Shown here in pieces: positions 1 through 11,706 of a DNA stretch of 64,000 bases (within the stretch, counting starts at the first letter, position 1; every line of letters starts with the position of its first letter). Below the pieces are notes generated by a model. The model did no database searches. It saw nothing but the letters and a program-made list of their open reading frames with translations, and was not told where the DNA came from. A program made the translations under genes and the position numbers. The DNA comes from an uncultured delta proteobacterium (lineage in GTDB: Bacteria; Desulfobacterota; Syntrophorhabdia; Syntrophorhabdales; WCHB1-27), in NCBI GenBank assembly GCA_963810935.1, contig CAWEPK010000007.1:64001-128000 (forward strand). The letters are read 5' to 3'.

Positions 1-124
1 AGCATAAAGGCATAGAAGAGGCAAGGGGAGGGCTCTTGTAGTTTCCAAAGCAATCAGCTAATATTTGTGACTATCGTACACAATCCTCGACACGCCGACA
101 TAGGTTACGGAGGGGTCCGGAAGC

Positions 125-3100
125 ATGTTGAGAAAATTCCGTTCGTGGTCCATAAGTACACACTTAGTGACTTTGATCGCCCTGCTGGCGGTCCCTTGCA
201 TAAGCCTGATCGTCTACTCAGGGATAACCGAGCGTCGTGAAGCAATAGCCAGCGCCAAGTCTGATTGTTTGAAGTTCGTTAATGAGGTTGCCGGACAGCA
301 GCAAGCCATGGTTGCAGGGGCGGAGCAACTGGCAGCCGCACTTTCCTTGGTTCCCGCGATACAAACCCGAAACGCCTCAGCCGCCAACCATTTTTTTGCC
401 GAGCTTTTGAAAAAGAACCCTCAATATAACAACATACTCGTCTGTGATAAATCGGGCCGTGTCTGGGCGTCGGCAGTCCCTTTTGAGGGGAATGTGTCGC
501 AGGCCGACCGGACCTATTTCCGAGAGGCATTACGTACCGGGATGTTTTCTTCCGGCGAAGCCGTCTTGGGCCGGATAACGAAAAAACTTTGCATAGGCTT
601 TGGATACCCGGTGAAGAATACCGCGAATCAGGTGGTAGGGGTGATAGGCATCATTCAGAGCTTAGACTACAGCCAGCATGTGTTCGAAATGCTTAACCTC
701 CCGCCCTACTCGTCATTCAGCCTACTCGATCATAAAGGCAACATCTTCATCAGGAACCTCAGCGATCCGTTCTCACAAAAACTTATGGGTCAGCGTGATG
801 TTAGGGAAGAACTATTCACACGAATGACAGAAGGTCCTGATGAGGGAACTTGGGAAGCCACGGGAAATGATGGCAAGTTCCGAGTTTCTGCGTATAAAAG
901 AATAAGTCTCCCTCACGAAACAACGCCTTATATTTATGTGCGCGACAGTATACCGCTCGCTTCAGCCGTGTCGAACGCAAATGCCGTAATGTTCAGGAAC
1001 CTCTCGGCATTCGTGTCGCTGTTTCTTATCGGCTTGTTGCTGGCTTGGTTCATCGGGAAGCGCGTCATCGTTAAACCCCTTATGGCGCTTAAAGGCGCAT
1101 CCGAGCAATTGGCCGCGGGTGCGGATACGGTCAATGTGTCTTCCGTTGTGACAGACGGCGAACTCGGAGAGCGTAGCTCGCACATTCGACGATATGGCTG
1201 AGACTTTGATTCAGGAAAAGACCGCCCTTCGGACAAGCGAGGAGCGTTGGTCCACCACGCTTTCGAGCATCGGTGATGCGGTAATTGCAACCGATGTTAA
1301 AGGGAAGATCACATTTATGAACGCCGTTGCGCAAGGGCTGACCGGCTGGACCCTCGAAGAAGCCGCAGCGAAACCCGTGACAGAGATATTCAACATCATC
1401 AACGAGCAGACCCGTACTCAGGTTGAGAACCCCGTCACGAAAGTGCTCCGGGAAGGAATGATTGTCGGTCTCGCCAACCACACTGTTCTCATCAGGAAAG
1501 ACGGATCGGAAATCCCTATTGACGACAGCGGCGCACCCATAAGAGATGAGGTCGGTAACACCAGAGGCGTCGTTCTCATTTTCCGCGACATCACCGAGCG
1601 CAAGGAAGCCGAAGAGAGGGCGAGTCACCTTGCCTCCTTTCCGGAGTTGAATCCCGCTCCTATTTTGGAGGTCAATGTCTCCGGCGAGATCACCTTTTGT
1701 AACCCCGGCGCACTTAGCATATTAAATGAGGCCGGGATGAACGGAGCAGATTGCCAGCGCCTCCTGCCGGAAGACCTCGGCGACATCCTTCGGAATTGGG
1801 ACAAGAAAAGCGAATCGACTATTTATCGCGAGATACTGCTAAAGAACAAAGTCTTTGCAGAGAACATCCATCTTGTGCCTCAGTTTAATGTCGCCCGTGT
1901 TTATGCATTTGACATTACCGAGCGTAAGCGGGCAGAAGAGGTCGTCCAAACGACCTTGCAACGCTTCTATACCGTTTTTTCAAGCATGTATACCGCCATT
2001 CTGCTCGTGACCGATGAAGGCCGGGTTGAGTTTGCCAATCAGGCGTTCTGTGACTACTTCGATTTGAAAGACTCACCTGCGGACCTCGTGGGACTCAGTC
2101 CATCCGAGATAATTGCGAAAATCAGGAAAGCCTATCTATATCCTGACGAGGCAATGGCCCGCATCAACGAAATCGTAAATATGGGTCAGCCCGTAAGAGG
2201 TGAGGAAGTGGCTATACGGGGTGGCCGTTCATTCCTGCGGGACTTCATCCCTATAAATATGAACGGAAAATCATTCGGCAGGTTATGGTACCACACTGAC
2301 ATCACGGTCCGTAGACGGGCCGAAGATAGTCTGGCTAACGACCTCGCCGCCCTAACCCGGATACACGATCTGAGCATAAAACGCCTCGAAGCGGGCGGAC
2401 TCGAACCATTATTACAGGGGATCATGGATGCGGCTGTTGCCATAGTGGGGGCTGACAAAGGCACCCTGCAACTGGTGGAAGGCGATTCGCTTCGCATCGT
2501 TGCACATCATGGACATGAGCGTCCTTTTCTCGACTTCTTCGCCTCGGCTGATAATGTGGCTTCCGTGTGCGGGGAGGCGACTAGGCGCGGGGAGCGCGTG
2601 GTGGTCGAGGATGTGGAGGCGAGCCCACTCTTCGCCGGGACCCCGTCGCTGCCGGTCCTCCGAGACGCCGGTGTACGCGCCGTGCAGTCCACGCCTCTGC
2701 TCCGCCGACAGGGGGAGCTGCTTGGCATCCTCACGACGCAGTGGGGCGTTCCCTATCTGCCAGACGAGCACGACCTGTGGAGAATCGACTTGATCGCTCG
2801 TCAAGCTGCCGACATTATCGAACACACACGGGCGGAAGAAGAGCTTCGCCGATCCCATGAAGAACTGGAGCAACGGGTGGCCGAGCGGACAGCGGCGGTC
2901 ACCCGTCTCGCAGCGGCGGTGGAAAGCGCAGCAGAATCAGTCCTTATTACCGATCCTACTTGGCACGGCGAGTACGCAAATCCGGCATTCTACCATTTGA
3001 CGGGGTATGAGACGGACGAAATCGTCGGGCGTGAGATACGTTTCCTGCGGTCAGAAAAAGAGGACGCTTCTGTATATGACCAGAACAGGTCGGGGCCAAT

Positions 3101-4403
3101 GACAGGCAAGCCTCATGCCACCAGATATATGATACGGACGAAAGACGGAACCGCCGTTCCTGTCGATAGTCTTACATCGCCCGTCAAGGATGCGTCGGGA
3201 GCAATCACGAACTTCGTGTTTATCTGGCGCGACATGAGCGAGCAACTCAAGCTCGAAGACCAACTCCGCCAGTCCCACAAGATGGAAGCCCTTGGCACCC
3301 TCGCGGGGGGCATCGCCCATGATTTTAATAACATGCTCGCCGTCATCATAGGAAACGCGGAACTGGCGATTGATGACGCCTCGCCGGAAAGCGACGGCAT
3401 ACGCCATAACCTAGATGCTATTTTCAAGGCGGGAAAGCGCGGCAGGGACCTCGTCAAGCAGATTCTCACATTTACCCGGAAGAACGAGCAGCAGAAGAAG
3501 AACCAGCACCTCGGCCCCCTCATCGAGGAGTCTTTCAAGCTCCTGCGGGCTTCGATCCCTTCTAACATAGAAATGAAGCTCAATCTTAAGACAAAGTCGG
3601 ATTCGGCACGGGTTAACGCTCCGCAATTTCAACAGGTCATCCTCAACCTTTGCACGAACGCCGCTTATGCCATGAGGGAGAAAGGCGGTCTTCTTGAGTT
3701 ATCCCTTGAGGATGAAATCCTTGAGGACTCTTCAGATGCGAAGCCTCAAAAATACCTTAAGCTGACGGTGAGCGACACAGGCACGGGGATTGACAAGGAG
3801 GTGAAGAAAAGGATATTCGACCCCTTCTTCACGACCAAAGGCCATGGAGAGGGTACGGGGATGGGCCTCGCCGTCGTCCACGGCATTGTAGAGTCCCACG
3901 AGGGCATCATTACTGTTCAGAGTGAGCCGGGCAGCGGCTCGACCTTCACAGTCCTGATTCCGAAAGCCAGAGGTAAGGCTGTGTCTGAAAGCGAGCCTGA
4001 ATATGCCCCAGTCGGCGGAGAGGAACGCATCCTGTTCGTGGACGATGAGGACGCGGTTGTCGAAATGACGACTGTTATGCTTGAGCGCCTCGGCTATAAA
4101 GTAACTTCCTTCACCGATCCCGAGGTTGCCCTTAACGCCTTCACCGAGACTCCGCATGATTTCGACCTTGTCATAACGGACCAGACCATGCCACAGGTCA
4201 CAGGGGTGGTGCTGTCGCAGAAGATGAAAACGATAAGGTCCGATATTCCGGTCCTTCTCTGCACCGGGTACAGTCATATGGTCTCCGCCGAGCAAGCGAA
4301 GGCACAGGGGATAGACGGCTATGTTATGAAACCGCTCGATAGGCGCGAACTGGCCGAGTCGATACGAAAAGTCGCTAGATCAGGGGGGGGGGACATTCGT
4401 TGA
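125..4403 (+). CDS. Membrane hybrid sensor histidine kinase (Cache-HAMP-PAS-GAF-PAS-HisKA-HATPase-REC), split by a probable frameshift near 1171
   Basis: ORF 125..1201 has two TM helices, a Cache-like periplasmic region and the start of a HAMP domain (KPLMALK...DGELGE). The +1 frame continues VARTFDDMAETL into ORF 1194..4403, which has PAS motifs, a GAF domain, an H-box (GGIAHDFNNML), G-boxes (DTGTG, GTGMGL) and a REC domain (FVDDE, TDQTMP, MKP). Confidence 0.85.
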
Positions 4404-4491
4404 TTACTCCGCCTCTTGAGCCGCCCGCCGATCAGTAACCCATGAGAGCCGAAAGAAGGGTACAAGCCTTATTACAGATATCCGAATTGCT

Positions 4492-4887
4492 CTAAGGTAG
4501 GATCGTCTTTATGGCTGTCTCAAAGGAAGCCCTTTCCAGCGGCTTGAGAAAGACGTGACTGATCTGCGCGGCTTCTGCGCTTTCTCTGGTCATTTCGAGG
4601 TTCAGACCAGCGGTGACTATTACGAAGGGGAGATCGGGGCGGACGGCTCTCATCAACACGGCCATCTCGGTGCCTCGCATATGCGGCATTATCTCGTCCG
4701 CGATCACAAGTCCGAATCGGTGCGGGTTTTCATTAAAGATACTGACCGCATGAATGGGGTCTGCGCTCGTTTCTACAGCGTAGCCCATGCGCCTGAGAAG
4801 CTCAGCCTGAGTCTCCAAGAGCGTGGGTTCGTCCTCGACCAATAGGATATGACCCTTCTCGGAGCCTGACCCTGTGATTGGCGTCAT
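4492..4887 (-). CDS. Single-domain response regulator (REC)
   Basis: ILLVEDE, ADEIMP and LKP motifs. Start chosen at the ATG at 4887, after a GGGGGGAAGG purine-rich RBS. Confidence 0.85.
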   Translation of the reverse strand: MTPITGSGSEKGHILLVEDEPTLLETQAELLRRMGYAVETSADPIHAVSIFNENPHRFGLVIADEIMPHMRGTEMAVLMRAVRPDLPFVIVTAGLNLEMTRESAEAAQISHVFLKPLERASFETAIKTILP

Positions 4888-5348
4888 CCTTCCCCCCCTT
4901 ACGAATCTTGTTTTCTCTAAACTGCCTTTCGGATTGAACGAACAGGGTGCTGTTGCTCTGGCGTGAGGCTGAGCGCAGTCCTTCGTGCGTCTAATAATAC
5001 TTATAATACAGAGAAGTGACCCTTGCAAAAACAATTGTGCAAGAACATCATTCAGCTAAATGATAGCTCATATAGAGTTTAAGCATTTATCTCCATCTGC
5101 GTCCTCTTAAAGTGAAAACGAACCTTTTGGCCTGATCCTTACCCCACTATGGTGTAAGGGCGCCGAGAGACAGGCTCCCGAATCTCCCGCGATCCGATGG
5201 CGGTATATTGTTAGTGGGTAGTGGCCGGCGACCCTCCGGAAGGAACTACGGGGTGCCACGAAGACGCGAGCCTACCTATTTCCACCTGTCGGTCGCCAGC
5301 CCCTCAAGGTTTTACTCTGTTGCCTTTTAATCGTTTACCGTTTGGCGA

Positions 5349-5690
5349 CTACCCCATCTTATTGATTTTCGTAATATAAATGTCATTTTCCACTTTGATC
5401 CAGCTACCCGACACTTTGTCGCCCGGTTTTATTGTCCTTGCTGCATTGTAGCCGGTCGGTGTTTTTGCGTAGCCTATTCTTGCCTCTCGTGTGCCATACT
5501 TATCGGTCTGGATCGTTGCCGTGCCGTCCTTGGGATTTACACTGACGACTTGGCCTGAGAAGGCGCCGGTGGGAGCGTTTCCGAGCTCAGAGGGGCTGAC
5601 GTCCTCTTTGGAAGGAACCGCTTGCGAAAAAACACTGCCGACAAGGGCAAAACTAAACAGAACGAATACAACTACAAGAATCTTCTTCAT
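5349..5690 (-). CDS. Small exported protein, possibly OB-fold-like
   Basis: Signal peptide MKKILVVVFVLFSFALVGSVFS, AGGAGG RBS, and GQVVSVN...IKPGDKVSG pattern. Confidence 0.7.
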   Translation of the reverse strand: MKKILVVVFVLFSFALVGSVFSQAVPSKEDVSPSELGNAPTGAFSGQVVSVNPKDGTATIQTDKYGTREARIGYAKTPTGYNAARTIKPGDKVSGSWIKVENDIYITKINKMG

Positions 5691-6031
5691 TTGACATCCC
5701 TCCTGTCATATTACGTAGTTTGTTTTCCGAGGCCATATTGCAAACTTTGCGGACTCTTCTCGCACACCGGCGTTTCACATATTACTTACTGTACCGAGGC
5801 TCGTTCATCCTCATTTATATTCTCTTGTACCGCTGTTCCGTCTTGTCAAGTGGAGTATGTGAGAGGTGGTTGGGGCACCTGCCTCGCTTTCACATGGTAA
5901 TACCGACGCGCCCGCCGAAATCTCCCCGCTTCTGTGCAATCGGCCTGGACATCGGCTATAATATTGTAAGCAAAGTTACTTACGCTATGTGCCCGGTGGC
6001 CTTACAGTATCCTTAAAACAGGGGAGTATAC

Positions 6032-6508
6032 ATGACTATCTTCAATATGCACGACGTTGTCAACTTCGCCATCAGGATCGAGGAAAACGGGGAGAAGTTT
6101 TACCGGGAAGCCGCGGAGATCATTCCCGACGGACCTGTCAGGGAATTGTTCACGCGGCTTGCCGAAGAGGAAACGGTGCACAAGAGGACTTTCGAAAGGC
6201 TGCTGGCGAGCCTCGGCGACTACCAGCCGCCCGAAACGTATGATGGCGAGTACCTTGCCTACCTGAAAGACTTCATCGACGGCAAAGCCGTGTTCAGGGA
6301 CCACCCCAGGATCCCGGAGCTGGCCAAGGCGGCCACTATCGTGGGCGCACTCGACTTTGCCATTCAGCGGGAGATGGATTCGATCCTTTATTACCAGGAG
6401 ATAAAGAGCCTCCTGGGGGACCATGCGGAAACGGTCGATATGATCATCGACGAAGAGAGGATGCACTTCGCCTTTCTTTCGAGGTTGCGCAGGGAAACCG
6501 CCGGTTAA
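6032..6508 (+). CDS. Ferritin-like/rubrerythrin-family di-iron protein (no rubredoxin domain)
   Basis: AIRIEENG, EEETVH, AIQREMDS and DEERMH di-iron motifs; GGGGAG RBS. Confidence 0.9.
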   Translation: MTIFNMHDVVNFAIRIEENGEKFYREAAEIIPDGPVRELFTRLAEEETVHKRTFERLLASLGDYQPPETYDGEYLAYLKDFIDGKAVFRDHPRIPELAKAATIVGALDFAIQREMDSILYYQEIKSLLGDHAETVDMIIDEERMHFAFLSRLRRETAG

Positions 6509-6576
6509 GGGTCTCCAGCCAACTGCGTTCCCCCAGGTTCCTGGAAGAGCAGCAGGGCAGGGGTTTGCGACCCTGT

Positions 6577-6594
6577 CCGTGAATAATTTCACTT
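6577..6594. promoter_or_regulatory. Candidate Rex (NADH/NAD+ sensor) operator
   Basis: ccGTGAAtaatTTCACtt matches the GTGAA-N4-TTCAC core of Rex sites and lies upstream of hdrC. Confidence 0.5.
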
Positions 6595-6836
6595 TCTTCA
6601 ACTTTTTTTAAAAATTAAATGTATACAAAAACGCAGGGATTAAAGGGCCTTACGCAATATGCGTTAAATAGCGGCGTACATACCGCTCTTAATTGGTATT
6701 TTTTTAGTCCCAGAGTACTTGAAACGCAGGTGGGCTTTGTGCTACGATCAAACCTTGGGGACCGATTCAGTCGTTGCATCGGCTATCCAAGAAGGCAAAT
6801 GTTAGCCGAAAAAGCGTGCACTCGGGGGGTGCTTGA

Positions 6837-7403
6837 ATGGACGTTTTGAGGCCTTCGGCAGGCCTTGGGGAAGACTTTGCCGGCGAAGTCAGGAAAGAGA
6901 CTTCTCAGGACGTATCCGTCTGTTACCAGTGCGGCAACTGCACGGCAGGGTGCCCGTACACCGAATTCTTCGATTTTCCCGTAAACCAGATAATACACCT
7001 TATCCAGATGGGCATGAGAGACGTTGCGCTCTCTTCCAGGGCCATATGGCTTTGCGCCACGTGCGAGACGTGCACCACGAGGTGCCCGTGCGAGATCGAC
7101 GTCGCGCATATAATGGACAGCCTGCGGGCCACCGCCTTGAGGGAAGGGAAACGGACGGAGAAGGATATCAAGACTTTCTACGAATCCTTCCTGTCGTCCA
7201 TGAAAAGCCACGGCCGTATTTTCGAGGCGGGCATCCTGATGCGCTACAACCTCGTTTCGGGGCACCCCTTCACGGACGCGGACCTCGCTCCCCAGGTCAT
7301 GAAAAAAGGGTTGATCCACTTCCTGCCCAAGAATATAAAGGGCCGTGAGGAAGTGGCGAAGATTTTCAGGAAGTTCGCCGAAAAAAGGGCACGATCGCTA
7401 TGA
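6837..7403 (+). CDS. hdrC: Heterodisulfide reductase subunit C
   Basis: CYQCGNCTAGCP and WLCATCETCTTRCP 4Fe-4S motifs; first gene of the hdrCBA-flx cluster. Confidence 0.93.
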   Translation: MDVLRPSAGLGEDFAGEVRKETSQDVSVCYQCGNCTAGCPYTEFFDFPVNQIIHLIQMGMRDVALSSRAIWLCATCETCTTRCPCEIDVAHIMDSLRATALREGKRTEKDIKTFYESFLSSMKSHGRIFEAGILMRYNLVSGHPFTDADLAPQVMKKGLIHFLPKNIKGREEVAKIFRKFAEKRARSL

Positions 7404-8314
7404 AAGAATATGCCTACTACCAGGGTTGCTCGCTGGAAGGGACGGCGGCGGCCTACGATACGTCGATCAGGCTCGTCATGAAAAGCCTCGGCGTGAACCT
7501 TGCCGAGCCTGAGGACTGGAGCTGCTGCGGCTCGACGCCGGCCCATGCCGTAGACCGCCTGCTGGCCGGTGCGCTGGCCGCCCGCAACCTCGCCATAGTC
7601 GAGCGCATGGGCAGCCGGACCCTGCTTACGCCGTGCCCCTCCTGCCTTTCCGCATTCAAGAAGACGCAGCACGCGATGGCCGGCGACAAGGCCTTCAAAG
7701 AGGAAGTCAACGGGCTGCTCGACAGCCCTTACGATTGCACGGTGACGGCCAAGTCGGCCCTCCAGGTGCTTTACGAAGACCTGGGATTGGAAGAGATAGC
7801 GCGGCCGGTCAAGCTTGCGCTGCCGGGCCTGCGGGTTGCACCTTATTACGGCTGCATACTCAACAGGCCGCCGAAGGTCGCCGCCTTCGACGACCCGGAA
7901 AACCCCGTCTCGATGGACCGCATCCTCAGTGCCGTCGGGGTGGATGTCGCAGATTTCGCTTTCAAGCTGGAGTGCTGCGGCGCGGCTTTCGGCGTGCCTA
8001 AGAAGGAGATGGTGCTCAAGCTCACGGCGAAAGTCCTTTCGATGGCGCTCGACGCAGGGGCGAACTGCATAGCCGTGGCCTGCCCCCTGTGCCAGCAAAA
8101 CCTCGACCTGCGGCAGTCGCAGGTCAACAAGGCGCTCGGCGAGTCCTTTTCGATCCCGGTCCTTTACTTTTCGCAGATAATGGCCCTCACCTACGGATAC
8201 ACGTCGGAGGAGGCGGGGCTGACGAAGAATATCGTGAGTGCCGACGGCGTGATTGCGGACCGCCGGCCGGTAGAAGAGAAGCCGATTACTGAACCAGGGA
8301 GAGCCGCGAAATGA
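7400..8314 (+). CDS. hdrB: Heterodisulfide reductase subunit B
   Basis: YYQGC, DWSCCG, YYGC, ECCG and ACPLC CCG-domain motifs; ATGA overlap with hdrC. Confidence 0.93.
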   Translation: MKEYAYYQGCSLEGTAAAYDTSIRLVMKSLGVNLAEPEDWSCCGSTPAHAVDRLLAGALAARNLAIVERMGSRTLLTPCPSCLSAFKKTQHAMAGDKAFKEEVNGLLDSPYDCTVTAKSALQVLYEDLGLEEIARPVKLALPGLRVAPYYGCILNRPPKVAAFDDPENPVSMDRILSAVGVDVADFAFKLECCGAAFGVPKKEMVLKLTAKVLSMALDAGANCIAVACPLCQQNLDLRQSQVNKALGESFSIPVLYFSQIMALTYGYTSEEAGLTKNIVSADGVIADRRPVEEKPITEPGRAAK

Positions 8315-10268
8315 GAGTAGGTGTATTCATCTGCCATTGCGGCAACAATATCGCCGGGACGGTCGACGTGGCCCGAGTGGCCGAGGAGACCCGCAAGCTG
8401 CCGGGTGTCGTCTACGCGACGGATTACATGTACACGTGCTCGGAGCCGGGCCAGGACGAGATCAAGAAGGCCATAACGGAACGGGGGCTCAACAGGGTCG
8501 TCGTGGCTGCCTGCTCGCCGCGCATGCACGAGCTGACGTTCAGGCGCACCGTCGAGAAAGCGGGGCTTAACCGTTATTTCTTCGAGATGGCGAACATCAG
8601 GGAGCACTGCTCCTGGATAGGCGAGGACAAAGAGCTGAACACGGCCAAGGCCATAGAGGCCGTCCGCATGGCCGTCGCCAAGGTAATGCTCGACAAGCCG
8701 CTCCATTCGTCGTCGTTCCCCGCGAAGAAGAGGGTGCTCGTGATAGGCGCGGGGGTCGCAGGCATGCAGGCTGCGCTCGACTGCGCGGACGGCGGGATAG
8801 AGACGGTCATCGTCGAGAAGAGCCCGAGCGTCGGCGGCATGATGGCGCGCCTCGACAAGACGTTCCCTACTATCGACTGCTCCATCTGCATCCTCGGTCC
8901 CAAGATGGTCGATGTCGCCCAGCACGAGCTTATCACGCTGCACGCCTATTCCGAGATAGAAGACATCAAGGGATACGTGGGCAACTATACGGTGAATATC
9001 CGCAAGAAGGCGACCTACGTCGATTGGACGAAGTGCACGGGCTGCGGCGAGTGCATGGAGAAGTGCCCCGGAAAGAACGCCTACGATGTTTTTAACTACG
9101 GCGTTGCGCCGACGAAGGCGATAAACATCCCCTTCCCGCAGGCGATCCCGAAGAAGGCGAAGATCGACCCGAATACTGCCGGCAGTTTGTTAAAGGCAAG
9201 TGCGGCGTCTGCGCGAAGGTCTGCCCGACCAAGGCCATCGACTACGAGATGGAAGATCAGATCGTCACGGAAGAGGTGGGTGCCATCGTCGTCGCGTCCG
9301 GCTACGGCCTCCTCGACATCGAGAAGCTTACCGAGTACGGCGGCGGGCGGTACAAGGACGTGATCACGGGCATACAGTACGAGCGGCTGCTCAACGCCTC
9401 CGGCCCGACGCAGGGGCACATACAGAGGCCGTCGGACGGCGAGGAGCCGAAGACGGTCGTCTTCGTCTCCTGCGCGGGGTCGCGCGACAAGTCGATAGGC
9501 GTCCCGTACTGTTCGAACTTCTGCTGCATGTACACCGCCAAGCAGGCGATACTGACGAAAGACCACATCCCTCATTCCCAGTCGTACGTCTTCTATATGG
9601 ACGTGCGCGCGCCGGGGAAGGGCTACGACGAGTTCACCCGCCGCGCGCAGGAAGAGTACGGGGTGCGCTACATACGCGGGCGCGTCTCCCGGATCTACCC
9701 GAAGGGAAAAAAGATGGTCGTCAAAGGGGCGGATACGCTCCTCGGCGCGCAGGTGGAGATCGAGGCGGACCTCGTCGTCCTGGCGACTGCGGCGATTGCC
9801 GCGCCGGGGGCGGCCGCACTGGCGGAGAAGCTCCACATATCCTACGACACGAACGGCTTCTATGTAGAGAGCCACCCGAAGCTGCGGCCCGTTGAGACGA
9901 ACACCGCCGGGGTATTTCTGGCAGGGGCCGCGCAGGGGCCGAAGGACATACCGGCATCCGTCGGCCAGGGCAGCGCCGCTGCCGCAAAGGTGCTCTCGCT
10001 CCTTTCGAAAGACATGATCGATTCGGACCCCGTCATATCGACCGTCAACACAAACGCCTGTGTGGGCTGTCTGAAGTGCGTAAGCACGTGCCCGTTCCAG
10101 GCGATCAAGGAAACGACCGTCAGGGGTAAGACCGTCGCTTCGGTCATAGAGACGGTCTGCGCCGGGTGCGGCGTCTGCACGTCTACATGCCCGTGCGGGG
10201 CGATACAGCTTTCCCATTTTACGGATAATCAGCTCCTGGCCGAGGTGAACACCCTATGCAGGATGTAA
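8311..10268 (+). CDS. hdrA: Heterodisulfide reductase subunit A (FAD/Fe-S), with a probable 1-nt deletion frameshift near 9171
   Basis: GVFICHCG, ACSP, NIREHCSW, GAGVAG and KTFPTIDC in ORF 8311. After KIDP the other frame reads YCRQFVKGKCGVCAKVCP and runs into ORF 9249 (YCSNFCC, GPKDIP, C-terminal ferredoxin). Confidence 0.93.
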
Positions 10269-11706
10269 AGGCAGGAACACTCAGAATAGTCGGCTTTTTG
10301 TGCAACTGGTGCTCTTACGGCGGCGCCGACACTGCGGGTGTCTCCCGTTTCAGGCAGCCGACGGACCTGCGCATAATCAGGGTGCCATGCTCCGGCAGGG
10401 TCGATCCGCTGTTCGTTGTGCGGACGCTTTTATCCGGCGCGGACGGCGTACTCGTCTCCGGCTGCCATCCGCGTGATTGCCATTACTCGGACGGCAATTT
10501 CTACGCGCGCAGGCGGCTCGAGATGCTTAAACAGTTCCTCCCGTTCATCGGCATAGACGGCCGCAGGTTCCATTATACCTGGGTCTCGGCATCCGAAGGC
10601 CAGAGGTGGCAGCAGACAGTCACCCAGTTCACAAAGCAGATACACGAGCTTGGCCCGGCGGCGGATGATGCGGAAAAGGCAGCGGCGGCAACGCCGGGCG
10701 TAATACCGCGGGCAGCAGGCGCGGCAGGGGTGAGCGTCCCGTCGAAAGAACAGGTCGAGGCGCTCAAAAAAGCCGCAGCGGATGCGCTCTCCACTGTCGA
10801 TGTGGTTGTCGGCTGGAAACAGGGCTTCGACCCGCTGCATGTCGAGCCGTGCTTCATCGAGAAGCCGGAGCAGGTAGAGCAGCTTGTTTTCTCGCCCCTG
10901 TGCGAGCAGAACCTCGCGCCGTATCTGACGCGCCTGAAAGGTAAGAAAGTCGGCGTCATCGTCAAGGGCTGCGATTCCAGGACCGTCGTCCAGCTCCTTC
11001 AGGAAGGGCTGATAGCGAGAGATAACGTCTACGTGATCGGCATCCCCTGCACGGGGACCGTCAGCGTGAAGAAGGCCGCGGCGGCGGCAGGCGGCGAAAA
11101 GATAGACTCGGTTTCCTTCGAGAATGATGCTTTAAAAGTCGGGACCGCGAGCGGCGAAAAACGCATCAGCCTTGCCGATATCGTGCGCGACAAGTGCGCA
11201 CCCTGCAAATATCCCGCACCGCTGATCCACGACGTGGTCGTCGGTGAGCCCGCTAAGGCGGCTGCCGGTAGTGATGCGTCCGGGTACGACGACATCGCGG
11301 CCATCGAGGCAATGACTTTGCCTGAGCGCCGGGCATACTGGGAAAAGGCGCTTGGCCGGTGCGTCCGCTGCTACGCCTGCCGCAACGCCTGCCCGCTGTG
11401 CGTTTGCGAGGAATCGTGCATCGCCGAGACGCGCGACCCGCACTGGATGACGCAGGAGTCACGCCCGCCGAGAAGTCGATGTTCCACATGGTGCACGCCC
11501 TCCACACGGCCGGCCGCTGCACAGAATGCGGCGAGTGCGAGCGCGCCTGTCCCATGGGCGTCCCTCTGATGAAGCTGAAAAAGAAAATCAACAAGGAAAT
11601 GCTCGACCTGTTCGGCTACACCGCGGGCGTCAAGTGCGACGACAAACCGCCCCTTTACACTTTCAAGGTGGACGAAGAACGGATAGAGGAGCACAAGCTT
11701 TCATGA
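10256..11706 (+). CDS. flxDC: FlxD-FlxC fusion (MvhD-like 2Fe-2S domain plus FrhB/FdhB-like Fe-S domain), with a probable frameshift near 11458
   Basis: N-terminal FLCNWCSY, RVPCSGRVD and GCHPRDCHY (MvhD). A low-complexity Ala-rich linker follows, then KGCDSR and CVRCYACRNACP. After HWMTQE the shifted frame gives TPAEKSMFHMVHALHTAGRCTECGECERACP to the stop at 11706. Confidence 0.85.

Noticed and set aside
4383..4392. Poly-G tract as a phase-variation site
   Set aside because: It lies in the last few codons of the kinase, so length changes would barely alter the protein. Homopolymer lengths are also unreliable in this assembly.
5872..5889. Sigma54-like GG-N10-GC (GGGCACctgccTCGC) upstream of the ferritin-like gene
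   Set aside because: Imperfect match. A sigma70-like TATAAT box nearer the gene is an adequate alternative, so there is not enough support.
8311..11706. Selenocysteine readthrough or programmed frameshifting as the cause of the hdrA/flxDC breaks
   Set aside because: The breaks are frame changes, not in-frame TGA codons, and no slippery heptamer is evident. Sequencing indels are simpler.
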